64,000 nucleotides of DNA, from IMG/VR virus record IMGVR_UViG_3300008259_000009; one strand, given 5' to 3'. Within the stretch, counting starts at the first letter, position 1. The number at the start of each line of letters is the position of its first letter. The position numbers and the translations under genes are program-made. Positions 27,184-35,351 of this stretch are shown here, piece after piece. The notes beneath the pieces were generated by a model, which did not search any database, was not told the origin of the DNA, and was given only the letters and a program-made list of their open reading frames with translations. The stretch is from a virus.

Positions 27184-27219
27184 ATTGGTGTTGATATACA
27201 TATAAATATCAACACCAAT
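27184..27219 (-). promoter_or_regulatory. 14-bp perfect hairpin overlapping the TATTTAT motif just upstream of the endonuclease ATG
   Basis: ATTGGTGTTGATAT-acatataa-ATATCAACACCAAT. Confidence 0.7.
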
Positions 27220-27223
27220 CAAC

Positions 27224-28234
27224 TTATTCGTATTTTAATAAAAATTTATTTGATATCACTTTGAATGAGATTTTTCTGTCTAAGGTTCTAATCACAATAC
27301 CTTCTCTATCGTAGTTAGGATTTAACTCTGATTTACTATCTGCAAATTTTAATAACTCATCAATAGTGTCAGGTAGTTTGAAATTAGTGTCTAACACGGG
27401 TACGGTTTCCAAACCTAACATCTCTACAGTATCTTTAAACTCAGTTAACGAAGAATACTCCTGAGTATCAATATTATACAAGTTGAAGCATCTTATGGTT
27501 TGCCCTTTAATTTTATATGGATTCCCTTGCACCGATTCTCCAATAAGTTCTGCCTGAATTGAAATGTTTTTACCCAAAGATTTCATTTTATTCTCCAAGT
27601 TTAATTCACGAGCAACTTTCCAAAATGTATTACCCTCAGTTTCCAACAATTCCAAGTTACGAGAACAAACCCCAAACTCACCATTTCTTAAATAGAATGT
27701 TGCGGAAGACCCATCCAATTTCTCGGTCACATAAAACTTATGGTCAGATGTTCTGTATTCCTCGTATTCGGATGTCAAGTTCTGAACCCTTTCTTCATCT
27801 GTCTTGCGTAAAAAAGACGGGAACAAACCTTTTACCTTGCCAGCCAATTCAGCGGGAACTGGTGGTTCGTATTTAACAATACCCAATACTTCAGTAACAT
27901 CTTGTCCTTCATGAAATGCTTCGCCAAAAGGTAAAATGTGGATTGGTAAAATCAAACCCTGAGACAATTGTCCTCTCAATCTAATTGTCTTTAAACGGAA
28001 TCCTTCTTGGTCTCCCATTTTTTTGTGGGAACTTTTTCTTAAAAACTCAAATTCCTCTCTGATTGGTAAGAAGGAATCCACCTCGCAGTAAACAACTAAA
28101 TCACCAACCTTATGGTTAACATCTTTTGCTACAACAACTTTCCACCCATCAATTGTCGCAACCTCAATTTTGTCGGCACCCTCAATTGGAGATAAATCAC
28201 TAATCTTTCTAATGCTCGCTAATTTCCTTTCCAT
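27224..28234 (-). CDS. RNA ligase, DRB0094/Rnl2-like
   Basis: N-terminal IEGADKIEVATIDGWKVVV; motif I TEKLDGSS; QAELIG; REGIV; FKVISN. Confidence 0.9.
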   Translation of the reverse strand: MERKLASIRKISDLSPIEGADKIEVATIDGWKVVVAKDVNHKVGDLVVYCEVDSFLPIREEFEFLRKSSHKKMGDQEGFRLKTIRLRGQLSQGLILPIHILPFGEAFHEGQDVTEVLGIVKYEPPVPAELAGKVKGLFPSFLRKTDEERVQNLTSEYEEYRTSDHKFYVTEKLDGSSATFYLRNGEFGVCSRNLELLETEGNTFWKVARELNLENKMKSLGKNISIQAELIGESVQGNPYKIKGQTIRCFNLYNIDTQEYSSLTEFKDTVEMLGLETVPVLDTNFKLPDTIDELLKFADSKSELNPNYDREGIVIRTLDRKISFKVISNKFLLKYE

Positions 28235-28237
28235 ATT

Positions 28238-28543
28238 TCATTTTTTTGTGTATTTCTTAATTAAATTAAATATTTCTTTGATGTCTGTAAACTCTGAAAC
28301 TGGTGCATCAGTCCTACCAGGAAGAAACATTACCGTAAACCCATGATTCCCCTGAAAAGTCTCAGTAACTTTTTTACCACAAACCTCATCAAGATAAACC
28401 CAAGGGAAATTACCAATTAATTTAACTTCAATACCAATTTTTTTAAGTCGTTCAACAAATGTGTTCAACTTGTTAGCACTTTTCTTTGCACTTGATTCGG
28501 CACCAACTTCAACTGACCCAAATTTAGTTTGTTTTGTTTCCAT
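28238..28543 (-). CDS. Hypothetical protein
   Basis: Start at METKQ directly after TATATTTG motif. Confidence 0.65.
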   Translation of the reverse strand: METKQTKFGSVEVGAESSAKKSANKLNTFVERLKKIGIEVKLIGNFPWVYLDEVCGKKVTETFQGNHGFTVMFLPGRTDAPVSEFTDIKEIFNLIKKYTKK

Positions 28544-28559
28544 CCCGCAAATATATGAA

Positions 28560-28775
28560 TTATTTTTTAATATTGGGAAAACTTTTTCCATATTCCCACT
28601 CCTTACCGTCCTGATAACCGAGTTCATAAACTTCTTTTCGTTGTTCTTGTTCCATCAATAGATGCTCCTCAACGATGTTCTGAATCATTGTATCACTTAC
28701 TTTTGTTCTATCAATAAACGGGAGTAGTTGTTCAATTAAACTATCCACCGATGTTTGTTTCTTTTCTGCTCCCAT
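28560..28775 (-). CDS. Small hypothetical protein
   Basis: Short ORF in operon. Confidence 0.5.
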   Translation of the reverse strand: MGAEKKQTSVDSLIEQLLPFIDRTKVSDTMIQNIVEEHLLMEQEQRKEVYELGYQDGKEWEYGKSFPNIKK

Positions 28776-28932
28776 AACATTCAAGTTTTTTATCTTTTAC
28801 ATTCCACAAATCTTTTTTACCCTCCGTCATATGACAATTATGTTTCTTACCAGTTCTATTAGCAAAATCAACAATCATATCATTATGACGATTACGAACT
28901 ATATGGGGACACTCTTTACAGGTTTTTTTCAT
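28741..28932 (-). CDS. Small Cys/His protein, possibly metal-binding
   Basis: CKECPH...CH...C; TATCTTTG upstream. Confidence 0.6.
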   Translation of the reverse strand: MKKTCKECPHIVRNRHNDMIVDFANRTGKKHNCHMTEGKKDLWNVKDKKLECYGSRKETNIGG

Positions 28933-28950
28933 TACACAAAGATATGAAAA

Positions 28951-29130
28951 TTAATTAATGTTCAAAGGAAATTGATGAACATTAATTGAATCTAAGTTAA
29001 TATTTTTTGATTTTACGGTATTAGTTGCACATTTAGATAATTTCTTAATCATCTTTGATGTGATTTTTTCCAAATCATCCTCACTTGATAACTCAACACT
29101 AATTGTAATTGTCTTAAAATTCTTTTTCAT
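28951..29130 (-). CDS. Small hypothetical protein (59 aa)
   Basis: Manually translated MKKNFKTITISVEL... Confidence 0.5.
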   Translation of the reverse strand: MKKNFKTITISVELSSEDDLEKITSKMIKKLSKCATNTVKSKNINLDSINVHQFPLNIN

Positions 29131-29133
29131 AAT

Positions 29134-29958
29134 TTATCCGATTCTTTTTAGAACATCACTTAATCTTGTATACATCTCAATTGCCACAGGTACTGATAAT
29201 AACGATATTAAGAAGTTATTAACATATGAATATACGGTAATAATACTACCAATCGTAATGTCTTTTGCCGTAAGAACCAATAATATAATGGAGATAAACA
29301 AAAATATATTTTTAATCAAACCAATTAAAAACCAATTCTTTCCTTGAATTGTTGAGTCATATATATTCAATTTTCTCATCCGTTTAAAAAACGATATTGA
29401 TTGCTCATACCCTTCCTCTAATGAATTTGCTTTCTTTTCGTTATGGTTATTTCTAACTCGTATTGATTGTTGGATTTTCTTATAGTAAACCATACCAGCC
29501 AAAATAATTAAAATCATTGCAAAAGTTACCAAAATACCAACTTTCCAATTCTCAGAATATATGAATCCAATTGACCCAACAATTGTTACTATTGTTGCAA
29601 TATAGTAATGAACATATCCCTCAAGTACATGAACTATTTCATTAGCCATCTCAGTTCTAGCAACTTTTGTTGATGTATCAGTATCTTTAGTTTTTAAAAA
29701 ATTGAATACGATGTTGTTGTAAATTTTAGTATAAACTTTGGTGTCATAAACCATTCTTTTATAATGAAAGAAAGTTGACAAGAAATACGACAAACCCAAT
29801 AATACCAACCAATGATAAGTACCACCTAGCAACCCATCAATACTTTTACCAAGTAAAAATGGGGTTGCCAAAATGGACAGTTCAGTGAGCAACATGAATA
29901 AATAAATCCATATCAATTCATATTTGAACTTTTTAAATATCTCAATAATTTTACTCAT
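29134..29958 (-). CDS. Stand-alone ABC transporter transmembrane-domain protein
   Basis: Six-helix pattern with ATPFLLGKSIDGL and ITIGSIITVYSYV; no nucleotide-binding domain. Confidence 0.7.
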   Translation of the reverse strand: MSKIIEIFKKFKYELIWIYLFMLLTELSILATPFLLGKSIDGLLGGTYHWLVLLGLSYFLSTFFHYKRMVYDTKVYTKIYNNIVFNFLKTKDTDTSTKVARTEMANEIVHVLEGYVHYYIATIVTIVGSIGFIYSENWKVGILVTFAMILIILAGMVYYKKIQQSIRVRNNHNEKKANSLEEGYEQSISFFKRMRKLNIYDSTIQGKNWFLIGLIKNIFLFISIILLVLTAKDITIGSIITVYSYVNNFLISLLSVPVAIEMYTRLSDVLKRIG

Positions 29959-29960
29959 AC

Positions 29961-30620
29961 TTATCCCACAACTCCTTTCATTTCTTCAGTATGGTGGTCC
30001 CAACTCATCTCAGATTGGATTGGTCTGTTTTTCAACAACGGAACGCATTCACGGATTACATTGTAAGGACGAAACTCAGGGTGACCATCCATACCAACAT
30101 CCATTCTTTTACCTTTACCAAATCTTAAATCAGTAGGTAGGTGACAGTGACCATGCAAGTGCATAACACCTTTGCTCAAACCATCCCAAGAACTGATTGG
30201 GTAGTGCATCAATCGGATTGTATAGTCATCAATTTTTAAGGTGTTGTAATACTCCACCGATTTGAATATCCCACGAATACCCTCACGGTTTTTCTCAATG
30301 TGAGTATCGTGGTTTCCCAAGATGAGGTGAATGTTTTTACAAACCAATCGGTCCCAAAATTCTTTGATGGATTCAAAACCACCAAAGGACCAATCACCAA
30401 GGCAAATTAAAATATCATCTTGCATAACAACCTGATTAATGTTGTTAACAATTGCGGCATTCATTTTAACCAAATCAGGATAATCCCTTGTTTGTTTTGT
30501 TGGGATTTCACCATTCTCCAAGCGCCAATTTGTAAGACCACGACAAATGTTTTTGTGGTTATAATGGGGGTCAGAAAACACCCAAACATCTCCTTTAAAA
30601 TCTTTCTCTATTTTAATCAT
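29961..30620 (-). CDS. Calcineurin-like metallophosphoesterase
   Basis: SDPHYNH, LGDW, GNHD, HLHGHCH. Confidence 0.9.
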   Translation of the reverse strand: MIKIEKDFKGDVWVFSDPHYNHKNICRGLTNWRLENGEIPTKQTRDYPDLVKMNAAIVNNINQVVMQDDILICLGDWSFGGFESIKEFWDRLVCKNIHLILGNHDTHIEKNREGIRGIFKSVEYYNTLKIDDYTIRLMHYPISSWDGLSKGVMHLHGHCHLPTDLRFGKGKRMDVGMDGHPEFRPYNVIRECVPLLKNRPIQSEMSWDHHTEEMKGVVG

Positions 30621-30666
30621 AGCGCAAATCTAATTCTTTTTTCTGTAAAAACCAATATTTATAGTT

Positions 30667-31269
30667 ATGAAATTTCTAATTACCGAATCCCAATATAATA
30701 AAATATTAGAAAATATTGAGCCTTCTGACAGGGCAATTAAAAACATTTGCGATTCCGAGAAATTTTGTAAAGCTCAAGGTAAAATAACTTTTGGTCAATT
30801 ACGAGGTCTTGTTGATTCGGCAACGAAAAAAAGAATCTTCTACCATTTAGGTGAAGGAGGTTATAAAGCAACATTAAGATTATTACCTTGGTTTTTCCCA
30901 CAAATAACATTTGCTGGTGTTGCCGCCTCAATAACAAGAGCTATTAACAAAATTATAAAACCCGCATTAGAAGATACCGATAGTTATAAAACTTGGTGGG
31001 GTAAAGCAATTATGAAGTCATTTAATGTTGTTGAGGGTGAGTTAGGTATTGATGACCCACTTTCAAAAGTTTTCTTTATTTCAGATGGATTAATGACAAT
31101 GTTAAGTAACACATATAAAATTAAATTTGCTCGTTATATCGCCGAAATTGCCAATGAAAAGTCTGATGATGAAATTGTTCCTGAATATTTTGTTGAAAAC
31201 GAGTTAAGAAATTGGTTAAATCATAAATTTTTATTGAACCCCCCTTTACCACCAAAATCAGATAACTAA
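30667..31269 (+). CDS. Hypothetical protein with shared N-terminal ITES motif
   Basis: MKFLITESQYNKILE; + strand TATTTAT at 30656. Confidence 0.75.
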   Translation: MKFLITESQYNKILENIEPSDRAIKNICDSEKFCKAQGKITFGQLRGLVDSATKKRIFYHLGEGGYKATLRLLPWFFPQITFAGVAASITRAINKIIKPALEDTDSYKTWWGKAIMKSFNVVEGELGIDDPLSKVFFISDGLMTMLSNTYKIKFARYIAEIANEKSDDEIVPEYFVENELRNWLNHKFLLNPPLPPKSDN

Positions 31270-31746
31270 CTCTTTTTGATTTAAATACCAATCGGGAGTT
31301 TCACGATTTTTCCAAACCGCAAACCCCGACTTGGCTCCTATATAATAATTTCTATACGACTCAACAACATCATCAACCTTATATTCTTCAGGCATTGCTT
31401 TTGGTGGGTTGGTAAATCCAATGTCTTTGATATATGGTTTATTATCCAAACACCACTCAATAACATCTTGGGATTTATGTCGTTTTCCATATCGGTATGT
31501 ATATTCCTCACACAACGCAAGACCCAACTCACACAAGTACAAATAGTTGGATAGGGATTCCCTTGACCATATTGCGCATGGGTGGTTTTTGTGGGATAAT
31601 TTATAAGGTATCTCATATTGGGATTCAGCAACATGGTGAACACCACACAAAAGTTGTGCGGTTTCCAATATCATTTTGACAACATGTTTATCGCAATGAT
31701 ACACCGCACACTTTTTAACATCAAAATCTAAGAAGAAAATATTCAT
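31258..31746 (-). CDS. Pyrimidine-dimer DNA glycosylase-like (DenV family) protein
   Basis: MNIFFLD...HCDKHVVKMILETAQLL...HKNHPC. Confidence 0.75.
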   Translation of the reverse strand: MNIFFLDFDVKKCAVYHCDKHVVKMILETAQLLCGVHHVAESQYEIPYKLSHKNHPCAIWSRESLSNYLYLCELGLALCEEYTYRYGKRHKSQDVIEWCLDNKPYIKDIGFTNPPKAMPEEYKVDDVVESYRNYYIGAKSGFAVWKNRETPDWYLNQKELVI

Positions 31747-31762
31747 ATTGCTAATATATAAA

Positions 31763-31957
31763 TTATTTTCTTAATCGCTCTATTAAATGGGGGAATTTCA
31801 CAATCATAAAATATTCAGCAACGAGAAATAAAAACCTACCAAACCAATTACTAAATAGTAACCATCGGGAGGGGTTTGTCTCACCAGAAATAAAACAACC
31901 CAAAACATATAACAATAAGTTTATCGCAATTAATCGGTTTATGATTTTATCGTCCAT
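31763..31957 (-). CDS. Small membrane protein
   Basis: Two hydrophobic segments. Confidence 0.55.
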   Translation of the reverse strand: MDDKIINRLIAINLLLYVLGCFISGETNPSRWLLFSNWFGRFLFLVAEYFMIVKFPHLIERLRK

Positions 31958-31958
31958 A

Positions 31959-32369
31959 TTAATCTACTGTATGTTCAATTTGTACTCTTACACAATTTTG
32001 TGGTAATCTGTTGATATGACGATAATTGTTGATATAACCCATAATGTTCGCACTACCGATAGCGTTTGCCGAGTGAGTATATACATCAACAACTGGTTTA
32101 CCTTCCATCCATTGAGAAACCAACCATTTGGCAGCATCGTAACCTGTCTTTTCGGTGATGTTATCATAATTTAATTCATAGTTATGATAAACATTGTTAT
32201 GCCATTCTCTCATAGCGGTATCACCCAAATCGTGGTCCAATGAAATAACCTCAATGTTTTCAAGACCAACTTTGTTAACCAAGTCAACAAAACTATCGTA
32301 GTTACGAGCTACGAGCCAACTTTTGTCTTTTGGACTTCTAACGTCGTCCAAATATATTTTCTTCTTCAT
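31959..32369 (-). CDS. Cyclic-phosphate-processing receiver-like domain protein
   Basis: Start MKKKIYLDDVR; ISLDHDLG; KTGYDAAKWL; HSANAIG. Confidence 0.75.
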   Translation of the reverse strand: MKKKIYLDDVRSPKDKSWLVARNYDSFVDLVNKVGLENIEVISLDHDLGDTAMREWHNNVYHNYELNYDNITEKTGYDAAKWLVSQWMEGKPVVDVYTHSANAIGSANIMGYINNYRHINRLPQNCVRVQIEHTVD

Positions 32370-32390
32370 AATACAAATATAATAAAAATA

Positions 32391-32481
32391 AAACACACTC
32401 TCAGGCATTCTGGGTCTCGCACCCGACAATCCATCTTATTTAACCCTTTGGGGCGATACGGGTACCTGAGTTGATGTGTTT
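32391..32481 (-). ncRNA. Unidentified structured RNA A
   Basis: Nested helices AAACACA/TGTGTTT and CTCAGGTA/TGCCTGAG enclosing CCC/GGG and GGGT/ACCC hairpins. Confidence 0.55.
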
Positions 32482-32483
32482 TG

Positions 32484-32557
32484 TGGTCCTTGTAGGGCTT
32501 GAACCTACGACCCCTTGATTATGAGTCAAGTGCTCTGACCAACTGAGCTAAAAGACC
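32484..32557 (-). tRNA. tRNA with CAU anticodon (elongator Met or Ile2)
   Basis: Cloverleaf; CTTGA-CTCATAA-TCAAG. Confidence 0.9.
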
Positions 32558-32564
32558 TAAAAAA

Positions 32565-32756
32565 AGTTTCTTTCGTCCTCAACCCAGGTCGGGCAAACTT
32601 TCAGTCCATCTCTGTTAAAATGTGTGTTTCCACTGTATCTAATACAACCTACTTTCCCAGTCGTTCTCCCTATACGACAATGTACGTTCCCCTACGGACA
32701 TCACTCCGTTTCTCATTATGTGGGGCACACTAGGGGGTGATGAACCCTACCTCGTG
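32565..32756 (-). ncRNA. Unidentified GC-rich intergenic RNA B
   Basis: GTCGT/ACGAC and GTG-GAAA-CAC hairpins; no ORF. Confidence 0.35.
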
Positions 32757-32846
32757 TAGTCAGGCAAGGACTTGAACCTTGAACGCCGTTTTTAACTCGG
32801 CCTCTCCACTTAAATGGATATCGTCTACCAATTACGCCACCTGACT
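32757..32846 (-). tRNA. Atypical tRNA-Leu(UAA)-like
   Basis: AGTCAGG/CCTGACT acceptor, Leu-type D arm, long variable arm; irregular anticodon stem around TTTAAG. Confidence 0.6.
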
Positions 32847-32853
32847 AAAAAAA

Positions 32854-33013
32854 TGGTGGAGATTTGCGACCAACATAGAATCACCCCTATGTCTCGTTTC
32901 ATTACGTCTTTGGTACTCCACCGTTGTAAGTTCCTCTTACCTTACACCCCCATTCGTGGGACTCCCGAATTCCCCAATGGTTGTTACTGTACTACCAGGA
33001 ATCAAGTAACCGC
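32854..33013 (-). ncRNA. Unidentified structured RNA C, including a 69-nt GGTGGAG...CTCCACCA element
   Basis: 7-bp terminal helix 32855-32922, ACATAG/CTATGT, GTAAG/CTTAC and ATTCG/CGAAT hairpins. Confidence 0.45.
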
Positions 33014-33016
33014 TCG

Positions 33017-33132
33017 TCGTCAGGGAGGGATTCGAACCCACAATGAGCAACCTTATAACTTCTCGCGCCCAAATTGCTCTTGGACCGTGGTGTCTTTCGG
33101 ACTCGGTACCATACCTCATTACGCTCCTGACT
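33017..33132 (-). ncRNA. Expanded tRNA-like RNA 1 (116 nt)
   Basis: GTCAGG/CCTGAC acceptor and GTGGG-TTCGAAT-CCCTC T arm; enlarged D and anticodon regions. Confidence 0.65.
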
Positions 33133-33150
33133 AACCATATGAACTATTTG

Positions 33151-33223
33151 TGGAGGTACAGGTAATCGAAACCTGATTTGTAGAATGCAAATCTACCGTA
33201 ATACGCCATTATACGATACCCCC
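33151..33223 (-). tRNA. tRNA-Ala(UGC)
   Basis: GTAGA-TTTGCAT-TCTAC; G3-U70. Confidence 0.9.
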
Positions 33224-33236
33224 ATAATTTTAAGTG

Positions 33237-33309
33237 AGCGGGTGGAGGGAATCGAACCCTCATCCTTAGAGTGGAAGTCTAATATAATAATCCATTATAC
33301 GACACCCGC
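33237..33309 (-). tRNA. tRNA-Gly(UCC)
   Basis: TTAGA-CTTCCAC-TCTAA. Confidence 0.92.
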
Positions 33310-33313
33310 TTAA

Positions 33314-33501
33314 AAAATGAAACTGTCCTTTCATTCGGGTTTTTACTGATGGTTTGTTCCCCATCACCTGTTGTGTGGCCACACAGAGCAGGGTCCTAAA
33401 CAGAGTATCTTGGGTCATTTCACACTTCGGTTGGGTAGCTACTCCCATGAAGCCAAGATTCCTTTCATCCGTGCTAATCGGACTTCTGTCAGTTTCATTT
33501 T
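33314..33501 (-). ncRNA. Unidentified multibranch RNA D (188 nt)
   Basis: 12-bp closing helix AAAATGAAACTG/CAGTTTCATTTT with four internal arms. Confidence 0.65.
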
Positions 33502-33502
33502 G

Positions 33503-33586
33503 TACTCGGAGAGGGAGTCGAACCCTCACTCCCGTCTGGGAACGGCAGCTTAAATGCAGCGTGTCTACCAATTCCACCATCCGAGC
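33503..33586 (-). tRNA. tRNA-Leu(UAA)
   Basis: Leu D arm, TTTAAGC loop, long variable arm. Confidence 0.88.
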
Positions 33587-33590
33587 ATTT

Positions 33591-33678
33591 GAGGTTGAGA
33601 AGTCCTCTGCGTTGTAAATACTGTTAATTGCCTAACTTTATTTATTATTCGTATTCCTTTCTCAAGGGAACAACACAA
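33591..33678 (-). ncRNA. Kissing-loop RNA E
   Basis: Two hairpin loops with complementary TTGAGAA/TTCTCAA. Confidence 0.55.
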
Positions 33679-33703
33679 TGTATTTCAAAGAACTAATGTT
33701 CAG

Positions 33704-33775
33704 TAGTCGGTACGGGATTCGAACCCGTGTGACAAGAATGAAAATCTTGTATCCTAACCCCTAGATGAACCGACC
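33704..33775 (-). tRNA. tRNA-Glu(UUC)
   Basis: CAAGA-TTTTCAT-TCTTG. Confidence 0.92.
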
Positions 33776-33996
33776 AGATTGTGACAACCTTTGGGGTAAG
33801 TTGTCACATTTACGTGAATGGAGAGGCCAATCTCGCTAATATCACGGGTTCAGATTCGTCACGCCAATCTTCTCTCCTAAAAACGTTAGTTGTTTCTCGT
33901 AAAACTAAAAAAACCGACCTTGATACCTTGTAACCCCCCTTTAAAGTGCGTGTTACCATCCTTTCTCAAGTAGAACTCTACTGCTTACACTCCCTG

Positions 33997-34068
33997 CGGT
34001 CCATGCGAGAATCGAACTCGCGGCTCATCCGTGACAGGGATGAATGTTAGCCACTACACCAATGGACC
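33997..34068 (-). tRNA. tRNA-Asp(GUC)
   Basis: CATCC-CTGTCAC-GGATG. Confidence 0.92.
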
Positions 34069-34069
34069 A

Positions 34070-34375
34070 AAAACCACACTTTAAAACCATATAGGTACAA
34101 CTCCTGCGGCCTGCGTTGTTCATCTCAATAGGTTGATAGTGATGGAGTACCCATCTCGCTCCAATCTTAACTGCTTCATCTGAGTTTTCTCAGGGCCCTG
34201 GCAGGGGGTTTTGACACTATATTACCTTACAACTACTCCGTCGACTTTCATTGTAAGAGTGACCACTATCAATATTTTTTTATGTGATGCAGTAGTTGAC
34301 AATCGCACTCGTTTCACCATCTATTGTCAACAGGTCTATGAACTTAACGAGTTCACCTTTTCTTACCACCACATT
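34070..34375 (-). ncRNA. Unidentified structured RNA region G
   Basis: 9-bp helices 34133/34272 and 34295/34331, plus CTTACAA/TTGTAAG, CTGAG/CTCAG, GATGG/CCATC and TGAAC/GTTCA stems. Confidence 0.55.
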
Positions 34376-34397
34376 TTTTACTTTCAAAGAACTTATT

Positions 34398-34428
34398 CAA
34401 AGATATGGGTTTCATTTTAAATTGCCAA
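34398..34428 (-). promoter_or_regulatory. Bacteroidota-type promoter followed by boxA-like motif at 34384-34392
   Basis: TTG-N20-TATCTTTG then GTTCTTTGA. Confidence 0.75.
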
Positions 34429-34586
34429 ATCTTTTTTCATGTGTTAGTATCATTACTCCATAGTTAAATACTTAGTGTTGCCTCTTACAGTTACCACTCT
34501 GATGCGGAGCACATCAATTCATCACACGCTTTACAGAATTTTTTCCTTGTTCTGTTAAAATAATTTACAACACAATATTTTAAAAA

Positions 34587-34809
34587 TGGTAAGACCTTAA
34601 GATTTACTCATTCGTGGGTCACCCCATCCTTACTACCTATACCTCGCCTTTAACATCCGTTCTACCCAAACCATCGTTTTTACCTGTTAACCTCTCGGAA
34701 AACTTTGAGTACCTCCTCAACCTTTTAATCTGATAGGGGCTCCGTCTTGCTCGTTATTTCTAACTCCCTGTGGGATTCTGCTGATATAGGTCTATCTGCT
34801 ATCTTACCA
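34587..34809 (-). ncRNA. Unidentified structured RNA H (223 nt)
   Basis: TGGTAAGA/TCTTACCA closing helix, CCTATA/TATAGG, GTTA-GAAA-TAAC, TTGAG/CTCAA; preceded by boxA-like motif at 34820-34828. Confidence 0.6.
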
Positions 34810-34893
34810 ATCTAATATGTCAAAGAACTTTTTCTTTTTGGGAGGACAGGTCCCACTCACATCATCAACCCTGTCCCCCCGTCTTTCATATTA

Positions 34894-34924
34894 CAAATCT
34901 AAGTATTCTATTTTAGACTGCCAA
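34894..34924 (-). promoter_or_regulatory. Bacteroidota-type promoter
   Basis: TTG-N20-TAGATTTG. Confidence 0.75.
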
Positions 34925-34945
34925 ATGTTTTTTTACTTTTTTTTG

Positions 34946-35027
34946 TACCCTCGGTGGGATTCGAACCCACACGCTCTTGGAGCATTAGTTCCTAAAACTA
35001 ACGTGTCTACCATTCCACCACGAAGGC
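34946..35027 (-). tRNA. tRNA-Leu(UAG)
   Basis: TTAGT-TTTAGGA-ACTAA, long variable arm. Confidence 0.92.
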
Positions 35028-35034
35028 ATTGTTG

Positions 35035-35107
35035 AGGTCTCTAACGGATTCGAACCGTTATCTCTGGGTTACAAAACCAGAATAATAAGCCATTATACTA
35101 AGAGACC
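35035..35107 (-). tRNA. tRNA-Thr(UGU)
   Basis: CTGGT-TTTGTAA-CCCAG, one stem mismatch. Confidence 0.82.
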
Positions 35108-35170
35108 TTATTTACACCGATATGTCAAAGAACCGTTTGTTTTACAAATGTATAAAAAATAAACATACAT

Positions 35171-35205
35171 AAAACAAAAAACCCCTCTTTTTTGGAGAGG
35201 GGTTC
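35171..35205 (-). terminator. Intrinsic terminator after leader peptide 2
   Basis: AACCCCTCT-ccaaaaa-AGAGGGGTT then TTTTGTTTT. Confidence 0.8.
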
Positions 35206-35225
35206 TTAAAATATTATTATTTAAG

Positions 35226-35303
35226 TTAACATACCTTCTCCGTTACAAAGGGCTTGTCCCCCTCCGTTCTCGCGTCTAAAAGTATGTTAAGTAAATTTTT
35301 CAT
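35226..35303 (-). CDS. Candidate leader peptide 2 (25 aa)
   Basis: Manually translated MKNLLNILLDARTEGDKPFVTEKVC; directly upstream of a terminator and the Thr/Leu/Asp/Glu/Gly/Ala tRNA cluster. Confidence 0.6.
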   Translation of the reverse strand: MKNLLNILLDARTEGDKPFVTEKVC

Positions 35304-35351
35304 TGTCTTTTTAATTAAATATATCAGAGTTTTTAAAAGTATCAAGGTTTT

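Noticed and set aside
32565-32756. RNase P RNA call for element B
   Set aside because: No GAGGAAAGTCC or AGAACCCGGCTTA-type conserved regions, and too short.
33314-33501. Glycine riboswitch or hammerhead call for element D
   Set aside because: Only fragments resemble these (ACCGAAG; CTGATG only on the opposite strand); the conserved cores are missing and no regulated gene follows.
33781-33994. Spacer between tRNA-Asp and tRNA-Glu as a defined ncRNA
   Set aside because: Only scattered stems (GTGACAAC/GTTGTCAC, GTAAC/GTTAC) and no closing helix I could define; not called, but worth including in a covariation search.
32814-35035. ORFs 32814-33134, 32937-33119, 33266-33580, 33354-33617, 33371-33553, 34211-34420, 34817-35035
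   Set aside because: They overlap tRNA genes or structured RNA elements.
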